A DNA stretch of 64,000 bases from Vicugna vicugna (GCA_013265495.1 MU058423.1:13061-77060), one strand, 5' to 3'. Shown: positions 27,154 to 42,019, counted from the first letter of the stretch. Translations and numbers: made by a program. Notes: a model not told the origin generated them from the sequence alone.

Positions 27154-28909
27154 GATAGACAGTAGATACATAAATGAACAAGAAAGAATTAAGTAGAGCC
27201 AAGTGCTACGCCAAGCATTAAAACAGAGAGAAGTTATTTTGAGTAATTAGGTAGATTCTTAAATGGCATGTTCTGAGGAAGCATCTTTGAGGAGGTGACA
27301 TTCAACCTGAAATATGAAAGTCAAAGAAATATCAAGACATAAATTCAGAGTAAGAGTATTCTAGGTAAAGTGAAGAGCCAGAGCAAAGGGATGGATGAAG
27401 TGAGGGGAATCCAACACCTTACATGTACACAATGTTATATGGGAAATGCATTTCAATTTAAAAAAAAAAAAAACAGGCAAGGGAAATCTGGCTGAGAAGG
27501 GGGTTGACCCTGAAGCCAATAAAGGATAAGCTTCCGGGGACCCTCATGGATGCCTCCAAAGCCCAGTACTGCCCCTGAGCTGGAGAATAGGGGAGGACAG
27601 AGTTGGGGGATGCATCCAGAGAAGAATGCAGGAACCAAACCTCAGAGTACTTTGTGAACAAGAAAAAGCCCAAAGAATTTGAATTTTATGCTAAGTGTAA
27701 TTAGAATCCATCAGAGAACTTATAGCTGAAGTGAGATATAACTAAGTTAAATTTTTCAAATTTGACTCTGGCTGTTTTGTAGAGAATGGATTTGGGAGGC
27801 AAGAGTATAAGCAGGGAGCACTGTTGGGAAAATACTAGGAGAGATGATGGTGGCTTGGACTAGTGGGGAGGCACTGAAAATAACTAAAAGTGTTCAGAAG
27901 TGAAATGAAAACCTATGTCCACACAAAACCTTTTATATGAATATTTATAAGGACTTTATTTGTAACTGCCAAAACTAGAAGGAACCCAAGTGCCCTGCCA
28001 CTGGGAAATGGATAACCAAATCATGGTACTTCCATTCAATGGACTACTACTCAGCAATAAAAAGGAACAAATTTCTGATATTTGCAACAACATGGATGAA
28101 TCTCAAATGGGTAATGCTAAGTGAAAGTAGCCAGGTTAGAAAGGCTTTATACTTTATGGTTTCATTTATATGATCTCTTTGCAAAGGTAAAACTGTAGGG
28201 ACAGTAAACAGATCAGTAGTTGCCAAGGGCTGGGAATGAGGGGAGGGCTGGCTAAAAGGGGCATGGAGGAAGTTTTTGGATTAACAGAACTTTATTGTGG
28301 TATTGGTTACACGATTATATACATTTGTCAAACTTGCAGTACTATATCCCCCCAAAGGATAAATTTTTCTGTGTATAAATTATACCTTAATGAAGAAAAT
28401 GGAAAACTATGGTCAGGTTTGAGATACAGTTTGAATGTAGAGCAAAAGGACCTGCTGATGGATTGAACAAGGATGGGCGACGACAGTGACTCATCCCACA
28501 GCTTGAGGAAAGTATGTCCACTAGTTTTTTGATATTCTCTCCTTCAAAGGTGGAGCCTAATTTGCCTCTCTTTAGGTTGTGGGCCAAATTTAACAACTTA
28601 TTTCTGTTGAATAGAATGCGGCAGCAGTGATGCTGTGTGACTTTAGAGACTAGGACGTAAAAAGCATAGGTTGCTTCCTTCTTGCTCTCCCTCTGGAATC
28701 CCTTACTCTGGAGAAGCCAGCTGTGACATCATGAAGACATTCAAACAGCCCAGCTCTCTGGAGAGGTCTCATAGCAAGGGGCTGAGGTTTCCTGTCAACA
28801 ACCAGCACCGACTTGCCACGAGAGAAGGTGAGAAGAAGGTAAGGGGAGTAGGTGGAAAGTGGAGGAATGAGTGGGGAACTTTGAGGAAGGCTCTGTGCAA
28901 AATTATAAA

Positions 28910-29340
28910 TGTCACAGTTGGAACCCCCAGGTTATTCTTAAGAAGACTCTTTAACTCAGGGTACCCAAGGCCTCAAACTCTCTACCAAAATCTTGTCTCA
29001 TCTCCTTTATTCACATAAGGCTTGCCTGATGACAGATAAAAGTATTCACCTTCCCAGGGCTGTCTGCATTCTTATCAAGAGATAAACATCTGAGAAGTAA
29101 AATAGGAAATATTTGATAGGAAGTGGGGAGATTTCTTGAAATCCCACACCCACTTGTTTGCCAACTGCCTAAGGTCACTCTGAGTGGTAGGGCTTTTTCC
29201 CTCACCCTGGGAGCTGACCCCTGGGAACTGTCCTAGAGCCAAGCAGTTGACAGAGCTGCCTTGTTGGAGAAAGTGGATACATTTCTTAGCTCTGAGACCA
29301 GACTGGTGCGGCCTGTAGTTGACAGTGAAGGGAACCCACA
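28910..29340 (-). mobile_element. Probable solo LTR
   Basis: tgtcacag...cccaca termini; minus-strand AATAAA near 29006. Confidence 0.5.
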
Positions 29341-29687
29341 GTGAGAGCACTTAAGTGGGTTAAACTGATGCAAGGATGGGAAGAGAGGCAAGAGAGAGAG
29401 GAAGACAGATTTAGAATGAGAAACCATTTAGATATTCACCTGGGCTTGGATTCAGGGGGTGGAGATAAGGGAGATACTATTTTCCCCATATCCATCTCTG
29501 GTCCACATAGGGGAGAATACAAGGATGCAACTAACTGGCACTGCCCTTCCTTTCAAACTTAATTTAAGATTAGACTGTACCTGGGGTGAGCAATGAGGGA
29601 AAATGCAGTGACCTGGGAAATAAGAGAAGAGGATATGAGGACATGAGTGATGGGAGAGCCTAAGCAATCCAGTTGTCTGGAAAGTGC

Positions 29688-29841
29688 CTGGGCCAGGATA
29701 ACCTCGAGGCAAGGAGGCATGAAATTTAAGAAGACATTCACTCTCAAAATCATATAGATGTAAAGATGGTCCCAGAGAGTGGTGCCTCCTTAAGTTTTGT
29801 GCCCTGGGTGCCTCATTTGCATCACTCTAGCCCCAACACTG
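29688..29841. mobile_element. Palindromic hAT-type MITE (MER96-like)
   Basis: Internal inverted repeat aaatttaagaagacattcactctc ... gagagtggtgcctccttaagtttt. Confidence 0.55.
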
Positions 29842-31994
29842 ATCCCTATACCAGCTCTTCTTTGGCTCTGACCACGTCCTAAAAATGAACAGAAGAGGAC
29901 CGAGAAAACCTGCAGGGTCTGGTCTCTCTTGCTGGACTGCTGTGTTCAACATGCTGAGTCTCTGAAAGTGCCCTCCTTGTCTGTGCTCTCAAGTGCATTC
30001 ACTCATGTTTGGGATCTGTGCAGGAGACAAACCACTCTCCACGTTCCAGGCAGAAAGTCTCAGATTCACTTGTTCCTGTCAACGCACCCTTCAGAGTCTT
30101 CTCACACTCACCCCCTGCCAGTAAGGAACACAGCTCCTCAGACTGATTTATAGACATATTCCTCATCTCTGTATGGACAGGATATCTGAACTGAGCCTTC
30201 CCAAACTTCCAGTTACCAAGAGTTTCCTGTGCAGGACTGAATGCTTGGTAATTCGAGCCCCACTCTCAGGTATGTTCGTACGGATTTCTCCACTCTCTCA
30301 TGTCTCCTTATATGATCTCAAAAGACTGGAAACATTCTAAATGTTTGCAATCAAGGACTGAGGAAGACATCTTAAAAATGCCCCAATCTGGCTGGTTTCC
30401 CATGACCACATGAATCTCTCAGCAGAGCCAGTGTCAGGCTGGACAGGACCTAGCTGAGCGGGGAGCTCTGGCTGTTCCTCCCGCCACCTATTCCTGCACT
30501 ACACAGGTCCCCCACCTTCGGTGTGTGGTGGGCCATTTGGTGCTTCTCCTGGAACTCTTCAGTCTGTGTTCCTCATCTAGCCTGTGCAAAAATATGATAA
30601 AACCTGGGGTCCACCACTGAACTGGCCTAAAGCCTGGTGATCATTTAAACTGAAACTCATTTTTAGCTCTGAATATGTTATGACAGGTAATCAGAGCAGA
30701 ACAACAACATGATTTATTAATGGCTGATCACCCAGTGTGGGTATTAATATATTTTGCAGCAGTGTCAACCAGACGGATATTACTTCAAGGGACAAGTCTA
30801 ATGTGGCCAAGTGTATTATACAACCGCAAAAAGCTTCTCCCAGGGACTCATCATGAGGGCCTTTCAAACACCATTTGGTGGGGCAGGAAGGGCCACGGTC
30901 ACGTCTGAGGCACAACCAGTCTGGGCTAAGATGCACTTTCTTTAGCAGAGGTGTTAACGTCTGATGTCTGAACTAGAGCTCAGCATTGTAGCTATTCAAC
31001 GAAGGATTGAAAAGAAGTAAACAGACTTTTTAGTCTTAGGAGGGATTTAGGTTGCTATGAGGGAAGCTCACAGTAATAAGCAGTTCTAGTCTCTCGTGTT
31101 GGAATGGTGTGTTCACCCTGTCCAGTCTCTTACACTGCTCCTTTGGGCTATGTTGTCACACCCATGCAGTGCTTAGGGTTCTGCACAAGGAACTGAAACC
31201 CCTCTGGGTCTCCTAGGTACTCGAAGCAGGAAGGAATTTGATACAGGACATTCAGAATGGCTGGAAAAGCTGGAGCAGTGGGATGACTCCCTGGACTCCA
31301 CAGAAATGACCACCTCAAAAGGCAGTGAGCCCAACCTGGATCTTTCTGTAGTTTGTTGTCATGTACATATTAATTAACTGTTAAGGAAATTAAACTACTA
31401 AACATACATTCTGAGGGTAATATAATACAAAACCTATTCTATTCTGCATTATTTTTTCATGAAATTCTGGCTTATTTTGTATCAACTTGAGCTGCTGCAG
31501 TTCATACGAGTGCCTATTTCACCCCAGCATCATCAGAACTGGGCACTTTCATTAAACATTTTTTTAAGTTTTTTTTTTTATAATTAAGAGACATTTTTAT
31601 TAAAAAATTATTCTTAGATCATCTTAGAAGACACCCAGCCCAAGAAAATCCCAGCAGAATGCTGGATCCCAGGAGCACAGACTGAGACAGGAAATTTAAT
31701 TTTTTTCATTAATTAAATGCTGTTACACTTGAAAAAAATTCTTAAACATTAGCATTTTCCCTTACACTTGTGTGTAGTAGTCTACTCTTTTCCTTTTCTG
31801 TTTGTCAGTTATCACTTCTTGTTCATTGCCAATTTATTGAGGGCCTATTTTAATCATAACTTCAAATAAGGTATTCATGTAGTACAGATTTTAACCCTTT
31901 GTGACTTCTCATTAATACAAGTATTAGTTCATATTTTTCCCAAACAGGTCCCTTCTTTTTATGTCTTCCACTAGTACAGGACTTTAAGCATATG

Positions 31995-32020
31995 GATAGA
32001 TAGCTAGATAGATAGATAGC

Positions 32021-32060
<40 letters not shown>
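31995..32060. repeat. (GATA)n tetranucleotide microsatellite
   Basis: Direct read. Confidence 0.95.
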
Positions 32061-34521
32061 CAATCTCCTAAGTAAATAACATGTTACTAATTACAGTTAT
32101 CATGTACTGAGCCCCTATTCTGTGCCAGACAGCAGGCTATTGATATACAGTATCTCCTTTAATCTTCTAAACAATTCATCTTACAAAAGGAACAGTCTCT
32201 GGAGAGTTAAGCAACTTGCAAGAGGTTTTATGACATGATCATGATTTAAATGCAAGTCTTTCTGACTCTAAATTCTATGTTCAATTTGCCCATGATCTAC
32301 TCTTTCTAATTACTGCTTTAATTACTTTTTCGGTCAGTATTTTCTTCTGCACTTATTGAGTTGGTCATAATAAATATAAACATATAAATAGAATATAGGA
32401 TTTCTCTCTTATATTCTGTTTATCATGAATATGAATATAATAGGAAAAATGAACATTACAAAATTAAATTAAAATAATTCATTATGATTTAATTAATCAG
32501 CATAAATAGGTTGTGCTGCAGAAGAAATTATACAACAAAATTTTAATGACTTACAAAAAAATTTTGAATTCTCTGATGTGGGTTAGTGGGGACTCTCTTC
32601 AACCAGTGATTCAAAGCATTCTTTATCTCAGTATGTTGCTATTACACTCTTAATATTTCTGTTGTTCTTTCTTCCTTCCTGATGTTCCAAGATTCTTTCT
32701 TTTATAATTTTCTTTCTGTTTAGAGACTTTCTTTTAGCCATTCTTTTAGGGTAGGTCTGCTAGACAAATTCTCAAAATTTTCCTTCCTCTGGGAACATCC
32801 TGATTTCTCCTTCCTTCCTGAAGGATATGTTTGCTGGATACAGAATTCTGGATTGACAGTTCTTTTCTTTTAGAAGTTGAAAAATGTGCCATATTCTTCT
32901 GGCCTCTGTGGATTTTTGATGAGAAAACCTGCTGTCATCCAAATTGTTTATCCCCTATAAGTAATACATCTTTTCTCTTTTGCTGCTTTCAAGATTTTTT
33001 CTTTATTTTCAGTTTTCAGACATTAGACTTTGATACATCCTGGCACAGATTCTGGGGGTTTATGCTATTTGGAATTCCTCACTTTCTTGAATGTAAGCTT
33101 AGGTCTTTTGGAAAAATTTTCAGGATATTTAGAAAAATTTTCAGCATGATTTTGAATACTTTTTAATCTCTGCCTTCTTTCTTGCTCCTTCTAAGACTTT
33201 GGTGACACAACCATTAAATCTTTCGTAAAGCTCCACAAGTTCTTGATTTTATGGGGGTTTTTTTGTTTGTTTTTTGGTTTATTTTATCTCTGTTGTTCAG
33301 ACTAGGTAATTTCTTTTGTTCTATTTTCAAGTTCATGGATTCTTTCCTCTGTCCCCTCAATTCTGCTACTGAGCCCATCTATTGAATTTTTTATTTGACT
33401 ATTATATTTTTAAGTTCTAAAATTTCCACTTGCCTCTCCCTTATCTTCCATTTCATTACTGCAACTCTCTCTGTTTTCACTGGCTTCAAATATGTTTATA
33501 ATGATCTGCTGAAACATTATTATGGTGGCTGCTTTAAAAACCTTTGTCAGATCATTCTAACATTTATGTCATCTAGATGTGGGTATCTGGTTATTGCCTT
33601 TTCTCATTCATATTCAAAGATTTTCCAGGTTCTTGGTATGAGTGATTTTTGATCAAAATATGAAAAATTTGGGTACTATGTTATAAGGCTTTGGGTTTTA
33701 TTTAAATTTTATGTTTTACCAGACCTCCTCCGACACTGTTACAGTAGGTGCCACCTTGTTATTCTCCACAGAGAAGGCTTTGCATGGGGTCTGAGATTTC
33801 CAGTATAGTTTGCAAAGCCCTTGGTGACTTTTCAAAGTATTAGTATATGCAACAGTAAAACCACTTTATTCCTCACAATAAAGGGAGTGGGGAAGCCCAG
33901 GTAAATCAGCCTAGTTATGCCTACTTGGCTGACTCATCTTTTTTTAAAATAGAGTTCAGTGTTTTTTTCAATTCACTAATAAACTAAAATTCCATTTCTA
34001 GATATTTCCTTTTCTTGTATGTCTCATTTATTTTATGAGTAAGCAAATCCCTATAAGGGGCAGCTTTACCTAGTCCTCAGACTCAGATCCATCTTCACCT
34101 TGACTAATCGGGAAGTAAGAAGTTCACAAGTCTCCTTGTCAGATGCAACCACATAAAGCCAAGCACAAAGATTGTTCTTCTTAAGGTATTTCTTGGTAAA
34201 ATGTTTCAAATACATTTTAGAAAACTGTTTCACAAAAATAACGGTAACTTTATTCTTAAAATATTCAATGTGAAGAACATTCCCAAAATTTCAAGTTTTT
34301 CCATTAACTTTAAACTTCTCTCATAGAAGTTGTTCAAAATTTCCAGAATCAAAAATTCCTAAACTTCTACTGGATGAGCAAGATCCAAATTAAACTCCAG
34401 GTTGATTTGTTAGGTTTCTTGCCTTTCTGTGGCACCATCTTGAAGGCTGGCTGGGCAAATAGAGAGAGCCTAGCTGACTCATTTAAAAGAGAATTAGTTG
34501 ATAGTCAATGAGAACAGGCTG

Positions 34522-34859
34522 TGCTATGGTCTGAATGTTTGCGAACTCCACAAATTCATATGTTGAAATCCTAACTCCAAAGGTAATGGTCTTAGTAGGG
34601 GGCAACTTTGGGAGGTACTTAAGCTATAGAAGGAGGCCTCATAATGGGATTAGCGCCTTACAAAAGAGGCTCCCGAGAGATGCCTAGCCATGTGAGGGCA
34701 CAACGAGACATTTACAGTCTGGAAAAGAGCCCTCACCTGACCATGTTGGCAACCTCATCTTGGACTTCCAACCTCTAGAATTGTAAGAAATAAGATTCTG
34801 TTGTTTATAAGCTATCCAGCCTGTGGTATTATGTTCTAGCAGCTTGAAAGGACTAAGAT
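34522..34859 (+). mobile_element. MLT1A-like MaLR LTR
   Basis: tgctatggtctgaatgttt...aaattcatatgttgaaatcctaact...gactaaga. Confidence 0.8.
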
Positions 34860-36169
34860 GGCCCCCCAGTGAGACAGAGCCCAGGCCAGGGTGAAGGAGA
34901 GGACAAGAAGGGGCATTCTGCAATATACCAGTATTTGAATAGCACCCAATTTTAAAAATCAACATCAAAAAAGTTATTATAAACCTATTATTAGAGGAGG
35001 CTGTAGTAAGCAATTGGTCTCTATGCTTTTGAGTCAGAATTGAGTCAGATTCCTATGTATACTTCTCTGTATCCCTAATTTCTCTCACTAAAATATTCAT
35101 TCTTACTGTATATTAGGCATTGTTGTAGACACTGCAGTACAACAGTGGACAAAAGAGAAAAAATGCCCCTATCCTCAGGGAGCTAAAATTCTAGTGAAGC
35201 AAAGGCACATGATAAGATAAATATATAGTATCTTGGACAGTGATAAGTTCACTGGAGAAAAATAAATCAGCAAAGGAGATTTAAATGGTCAGAGGTTGCA
35301 ATTTTAAGTGGGATTGCCAAGGAATCCCTCACTAGAGAAGGTCACACTTGAGTGAGAACCTAAGGAGGTGTATCAGTCAGACTTCAACCAGAGAAACTTC
35401 TAGTTAATGCTTGATTGAACAGCTCAGGACTGTATCCTAGCCAAGTTGACACAAAACTGACCATCACAGGAGGTGAATGAGCTAGGTATGTAAATATCAG
35501 GGAGAAGAGTACTCTAGGTAGAGGGAATCCTGGTGTAAAGCGCTGAGTAGAAGCACTCAAGGAGTATTCCAAAGACAGTTTAAAAAAAAAAAAGTGCCTA
35601 GAGTACAGAGAGTGGCAGGACATGAATTCAGAGAGATAATGGGGAGCCAGAATATGCATAGCTCTGTAAGCCATTATGATCAATCTTCTAATCCACATAG
35701 GTCTTTATAAACACTGGCCAGTGGTGGTTTTAATTTTTGAACAACTTTATTGAGATATGAGGGACAATAAGCTGCACATACTTAAACTGCACAATGTTTT
35801 GATATACATACACTCCAGTGGCACCATCACCACATTCAAGATCGTGAACTTGTCCATCACACCCAAACATTCGCTTCTGCCCTTCTGCAATCTCGTCTGC
35901 TGCTTGCCATCAACCTTCTTCTCTTTCCTTAGGCAACTACTGATCTACCTTCTGTCACTGTAGATTAGTTATATTCTCCAGAATTCATGTAAGTGAAATC
36001 ATACAGAACATATGTGTTTCTGCCTATCTTCTTTCATTCAGCATAATTGAGACTCATGTATGTTGTTGTTTATATCTGTAGTTCATTCCTTTTTTTGCTG
36101 AGTAGCATTCTATTGTGTCATTACATTACAATTTGTTTATACATTCAAGTGTTGATGGAAATTTGTGTT

Positions 36170-36739
36170 TGTAATGGTTAATTTTATATGTCAGCTTGAC
36201 TGGGCTAAGGGATGCCCAGATAGCTGGTAAAACATTATTTCTGAATGTGTTTGTGAGGGTGTCTCTTGAAGAGATTAGCATTTGAATCAGTAGAGTAAGT
36301 AAAGATCACCCTTCACTCACGTGAGTGGGCACAATCCAATCCATTGAGGGCCTTAAGAGAACGAAAAGGTAGAGGGGTGAATTCACTTGCTCTGGCTTGA
36401 GCTGAGACACCCAGCTTTCCCTGCCCTTGGACATCAGAGCTCCTGATTCTTGGGCTTTTGGACTCAAACTGGCCCCTTACCCCCATCCCTCCCCATTCTC
36501 AGGCCTTTGGGCTCAGACTGAATTACATTACCAGCTTCTGGCTTCACTGGTTCTCCAGCTGTCCTCACTTAAGACCATAACAGGGTCATAATTCTACCTA
36601 ACATGATACAAAATCTTGCTAATAGCAGATCGTGGGACTTCTTGGGGTCCATAACCATGTGAACCAATTACTATAATAAACTTAAATTGACATCTACCTA
36701 TATACTATTAGTTATGTTTCTCTGAAGAACTCTAATACA
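36170..36739 (+). mobile_element. MLT2 (ERVL) LTR inserted in an old minus-strand L1
   Basis: tgtaatggttaattttatatgtcagcttgactgggctaaggg...ctaataca; L1 3'-end-like flanks 35740-37260. Confidence 0.8.
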
Positions 36740-37270
36740 GAGCTATTTCCAGTTAGTGGATATCACAAATAAAGTTGCCATGAACATCTGTGTGCGTGCC
36801 TGCACATGGACGTACACTTTGATTTCTCTTGGGTCAATACCTAGGGGTGGAATAAGAAGCTTTAGGTTTCAGGTTTTCACATTTAACTCTATGGTCCATT
36901 TTGGGTTGATTTCTGTATATGATAATGAGGTACCAGAAGAATTTTATTTATTTACATATGGATATCCAATTATTCCAGAACCATTTATTGAATGACTGTC
37001 CTTCCACAGAAATGCCTTTGCACCCTTGTTAAAAATTTATTGTATACATATATTTCTAGACTCTCTTTTCTGTTCCATCAATTGGTTTAGCTATCTTTAC
37101 ATCAATACCACACTATCCCAATTATTATAGCTTTATAAATTTTGAATCAGGTAGTTAAGTCCTACAACTTTGTTCATAATCTTCAAGTTATTGTCTATTC
37201 TAATGTTAGACTTTTTTTTTAACTTAGTAGGAATTTTAGAATCAGCCTATCAATTTCTGTGAAAAAAAAA

Positions 37271-37833
37271 NNNNNNNNNNNNNNNNNNNNNNNNNNNNNN
37301 NNNNNNNNNNNNNNNNNNNNNNNNNNNNNNNNNNNNNNNNNNNNNNNNNNNNNNNNNNNNNNNNNNNNNNNNNNNNNNNNNNNNNNNNNNNNNNNNNNNN
37401 NNNNNNNNNNNNNNNNNNNNNNNNNNNNNNNNNNNNNNNNNNNNNNNNNNNNNNNNNNNNNNNNNNNNNNNNNNNNNNNNNNNNNNNNNNNNNNNNNNNN
37501 NNNNNNNNNNNNNNNNNNNNNNNNNNNNNNNNNNNNNNNNNNNNNNNNNNNNNNNNNNNNNNNNNNNNNNNNNNNNNNNNNNNNNNNNNNNNNNNNNNNN
37601 NNNNNNNNNNNNNNNNNNNNNNNNNNNNNNNNNNNNNNNNNNNNNNNNNNNNNNNNNNNNNNNNNNNNNNNNNNNNNNNNNNNNNNNNNNNNNNNNNNNN
37701 NNNNNNNNNNNNNNNNNNNNNNNNNNNNNNNNNNNNNNNNNNNNNNNNNNNNNNNNNNNNNNNNNNNNNNNNNNNNNNNNNNNNNNNNNNNNNNNNNNNN
37801 NNNNNNNNNNNNNNNNNNNNNNNNNNNNNNNNN
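37271..37833. other. Assembly gap (563 N)
   Basis: Run of N. Confidence 1.
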
Positions 37834-38770
37834 TTTATCCAGTCACCTGTTGATGGACATTTAGGCTGTTTCCATGTTTTGGCTATTGTAAATAGTGCTG
37901 CTATGAACATTGGGGTGCAGGTGTCATCCTGAAGTAGAGTTCCTTCTGGATACAAGCCCAGGAGTGGGATTCCTGGGTCATATGTTAAGTCTATTCCTAG
38001 TCTTTTGAGGAATCTCCACACTGTTTTCCATAGTGGCTGCACCAAACTGCATTCCCACCAGCAGTGTAGGAGGGTTCCCCTTTCTCCACAGCCTCTCCAG
38101 CTTTTGTCATTTGTGGATTTTTGAATGACGGCCATTCTGACTGGTGTGAGGTGATACCTCACTGTAGTTTTGATTTGCATTTCTCTGATAATTAATGATA
38201 TTGAGCATTTTTTCATGTGCTTTTTGATCATTTGCATGTCTTCCTTGGAGAATTGCTTGTTCTCAAACTCTTCCAGACGATTGAAAAGGAGGGAATACTC
38301 CCAAACTCATTCTATGAAGCCACCATCACCCTGATACCAAAACCAGGCAAAGACACTACAAAAAAAGAGAATTATAGGCCAATATCACTGATGAACATAG
38401 ACGCCAAAATCCTCACCAAAATTTTAGCAAATAGAATCCAACAACACATAAAAAAGATTATACATCATGACCAAGTGGGGTTCATCCCAGGGACACAAGG
38501 CTGGTTCAACATACACAAATCAATCAATGTAATACATCACATCAACAAGAGAAAGGACCAAAACCACATGATCATCTCAATCGATGCAGAAAATGCATTT
38601 GATAAAATTCAACATCCATTTTGTGATAAAAACTCTTGCCAAAGTGGGTATAGAGGGAACATATCTCAACATAATAAAAGCTATATATGACAAACCTACA
38701 GCCAGCAAAGTACTCAACGGTGAAAAACTCAAAAGCTTCCCACTAAACTCTAGGACAAGACAAGGATATT
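37834..38770. mobile_element. Young LINE-1 with 5' inversion
   Basis: 37834-38260 is L1 ORF2 C-terminus on the - strand (HCWWEC motif); 38260-38770 is the L1 RT region on the + strand ([23 protein letters not shown]). Confidence 0.85.
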
Positions 38771-40043
38771 CTAAAGTTTTAAATGTGTTTTGGTGCTACT
38801 GAAAATAGTACTGCTTTTCAAAATTTCTACTTCCAGTGTCCAATGCTAATTCTATAGAATTAGAACTTGATTTTGAAATAGAATTGATTTTTGTATATTG
38901 GTCTTGTGTCCCACAAACTTGCTAACCTTAATTTTTAGTTTTAATAGACTTTTTTTTTTTAAGATTCCAAAGGATTTTCTGTAGAGTTGACCATGTTGTC
39001 TGTGACTAAGATAATCTACTTTACTCCTTTCTTTCCAATCTTGATGGTCTTACACTATTTTCTTGCCTTATTGCATTGATGAGAACCTCCATTAATATTC
39101 TAAACCAAAAGGCTGAGAGTGGACATCCTTGCCTTGTTCCTGATCTTAGGCATAACCATTCAATCCAAAGTATGATGTTACCTGGGAGTTTTCTTTCCAT
39201 AGATGCCTTTTACCAGGAAGTTCCTTTCCATTCTTATCTTGCCAACCATTTTTATCAGTAACAGATTCTGGATTCATATCTTCTGTTCCTATTGTAATGG
39301 TACTTTTTAATCTCTAATCTGTTAATACAATTAATTGCATTGATTGATTTTCAAACATTAAACCAACATTGTACTCCAGGATAAACCCCACTTGCTCATG
39401 ATGTACAATCCTTCTATATTATTGGATTTGCTAAACTTTTGTTAAGAATTATTATATTTATATAATGAGGAATATTGGTCTGTAATTATTTCTTCTTATA
39501 ATGCCTTTGTCTGGTTTTGGTATCAGGATATTTCCGGTGTCACAGAATGAACTGTGAAGTATATCCTAGGGTTCAATCTTCTAAAAGTTTGTGTGTAACT
39601 GGTATTATTTTTCACTAAATATGCAATAGAATTCACCACTGAAACCATCTGGGCTTGAAGTTTCCTTTGTGGGAAGGATTTTAACTATAAGTTGAATTTA
39701 TAGGGCTACTAAGGTTACCTTTTAATTTTTTTTCTGAGTGAGCTTTGATACTTTTGTCATTCAAGAAATTTATCTGTTGTATCTAAGTTGTCAAATGCGT
39801 TGACAAAAAATTGGTAATAATACTCTTATTATCCTTTTCATAGCTATCGGATCTGTGGTGATGTCTTCTCTCATTGCTGATATTGATAAATTATGTCTTA
39901 TCTATTTCTTTCTGATCAATTTGGAGAGAGATTTACCAACTTTATTCATCTTCTTATATTGGAGGGTGCTGAGCAGAGGAGTGACATGGTATGATTTACA
40001 TTTAGCACTATTACTCTGGCTTCTTGATCTAAAATACAATGTA

Positions 40044-41589
40044 AGAAAACAGTATGCTACTGGCACAAAAAAAGACACATAGATCAATGGAACAGAACAG
40101 AAAGTCCAGAAATAAACCCACATACCTATGGTCAATTAACTACAACAAAGGAAGCAGGAATATACAATGGAGAAAGACATTCTCTTCAACAAGTGGTGCC
40201 AGGAAAATCAGATAGCCAAATGTAAAACAGTGAAAGTAGAACATTCCCTCACACCATACACAAAAATAAACTCAAAATGGTTTAAAGACCTAACTATAAG
40301 ACATGAAACCATAAAACTCCTAGAAGAGACCATAGGCATAACACTCTTTGACATAAACCACAGCAATACCTTCTTGGATTTGTCTCCCAAGGCAAAAGAA
40401 ATAAAAGCAAAAATAAACAAATCAGACCTACCTAAACTTAAAAGCTTTTGCAAAGCAAAGGAAACCATCAACGAAATGAAAAGACAACCTTTAGAATCAG
40501 AGAAAATATTTTCAAATGATGCAACTAGCAAGGGACTAATATCCAAAATAAATGAACAGCTCACACAATTCATTATCAAAAAGCCCCAAAGAATCCAATT
40601 TAAAAATGGGCAGAAGACTTGAATAGACATTTTTTTCCAAAGAAGACATACAGAAGACTAAGAGGCATGTGAAAAGATGCTCAGCATTGCCAATTATTAG
40701 AGAAATGCAAATCAAAACTACAATGAGGTATCTATCACCTCACACCTGTCAGAATGGTTATCATCAAAAAGTCTACAAATAACAACTGTTGGAGAGGATG
40801 TGGTGGAAAGGGAGCCCTTTGCACACTATCAGTGGGAATGTAAATCGGTACAGCCACTGTACCAGCATAGATGTAAACAGTATGGAGGTTCCTCAAAAAA
40901 CTAAAAACAGGACTACTAAATGATCCAGCAATTCCACTTCCTAATATAAATATATACCCAGAAAAATACGAAAACACTAATTCAAAAAGTTACATGTACC
41001 CCAATGTTCATAGCAGCACTATTTACAATAGCCAAGACATGGAAGCAATCCACGTGCTCAACAATAGGTGACTGGATTAAGAAGATGTGGTACACTCACA
41101 CACACACATACACACAATGGAATATTACTTGTCCATAAAAAAGAATGAAATACTGCCATCTGCAGCAATGTGGATGGACTCAGAGAATATTATGCTTAGT
41201 GAAATAAGTCAGAGAAAGCCTAATACTATATGATATCACTTATATATGAAATCTAAAAAATAATACAAATGAAAGTATATGCAAAACAGAAACAGATTCA
41301 CAGACATGAAAAACAAACTTGTGGTTACCAAAGGGGAGAGGGAAGTGGGGAGGGACAAATTAGGGGTATAGGATTAACAGACAAACACACTATATATAAA
41401 ATAGATAAGCAACAAGGTTTACTGTATAGCACAAGGAATTATACCCATTATCTTGAAATAACCTATAATGGAATATAATCTGCAAAAATACTCAATTATG
41501 CTGTATACCTAAAACTAACACAATATTGTAAGTCAACTATATTTCAATAAAGAGTAATCTGTAGTTTGACATACACAAAAATATAAAAT
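40044..41589 (+). mobile_element. 5'-truncated LINE-1 inserted in an L2
   Basis: ORF 40167-40622 is ORF2 C-terminal; L1 3'UTR; TSD aaaatacaatgta 40031-40043 / aaaatagaatgta 41590-41602. Confidence 0.9.
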
Positions 41590-42019
41590 AAAATAGAATG
41601 TAGAAGAGGACAAGAAAAACAGGGAGACCAATTAGAAGGGTAATAAAATAATCCAAGGGAGAGATAACGGTGATGGAGGCTAGGCTGTTAGCAGTGAAAA
41701 TGATAAATGGTCAGATTTTCAATATATTTTGATGGTAGGATAGATAGGATTTGCTGATCACAGGAATCAGGGTATGAAATAAAGAGAAGAATCAAGTATT
41801 GCTCCAGGTTTTTGGCCTGAACAACTGAAAAAAACTGTCATTTACTGAGAGAAGAAGGAAAGGTTTTGGAAATGGGAGAGTAGGAGCCCGGTTTTAGATA
41901 CGTTAAATTTGAGGTATCTTAAATTTCCAAGGAGGCAGCAGACTGTCTCATTTGGAGTTCAGAGGAGAGGCTTGGACTGTTGATACAAAATTTGAGTCAT
42001 CAACATAAAAATAGCATCA

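Noticed and set aside
37242..38237. 331-aa and 201-aa ORFs
   Set aside because: Length comes from the N gap; the real part is L1 ORF2
41550..41589. Possible short 3' transduction after the L1 poly(A) signal
   Set aside because: Only ~30 bp and indistinguishable from a decayed A-tail without a source search
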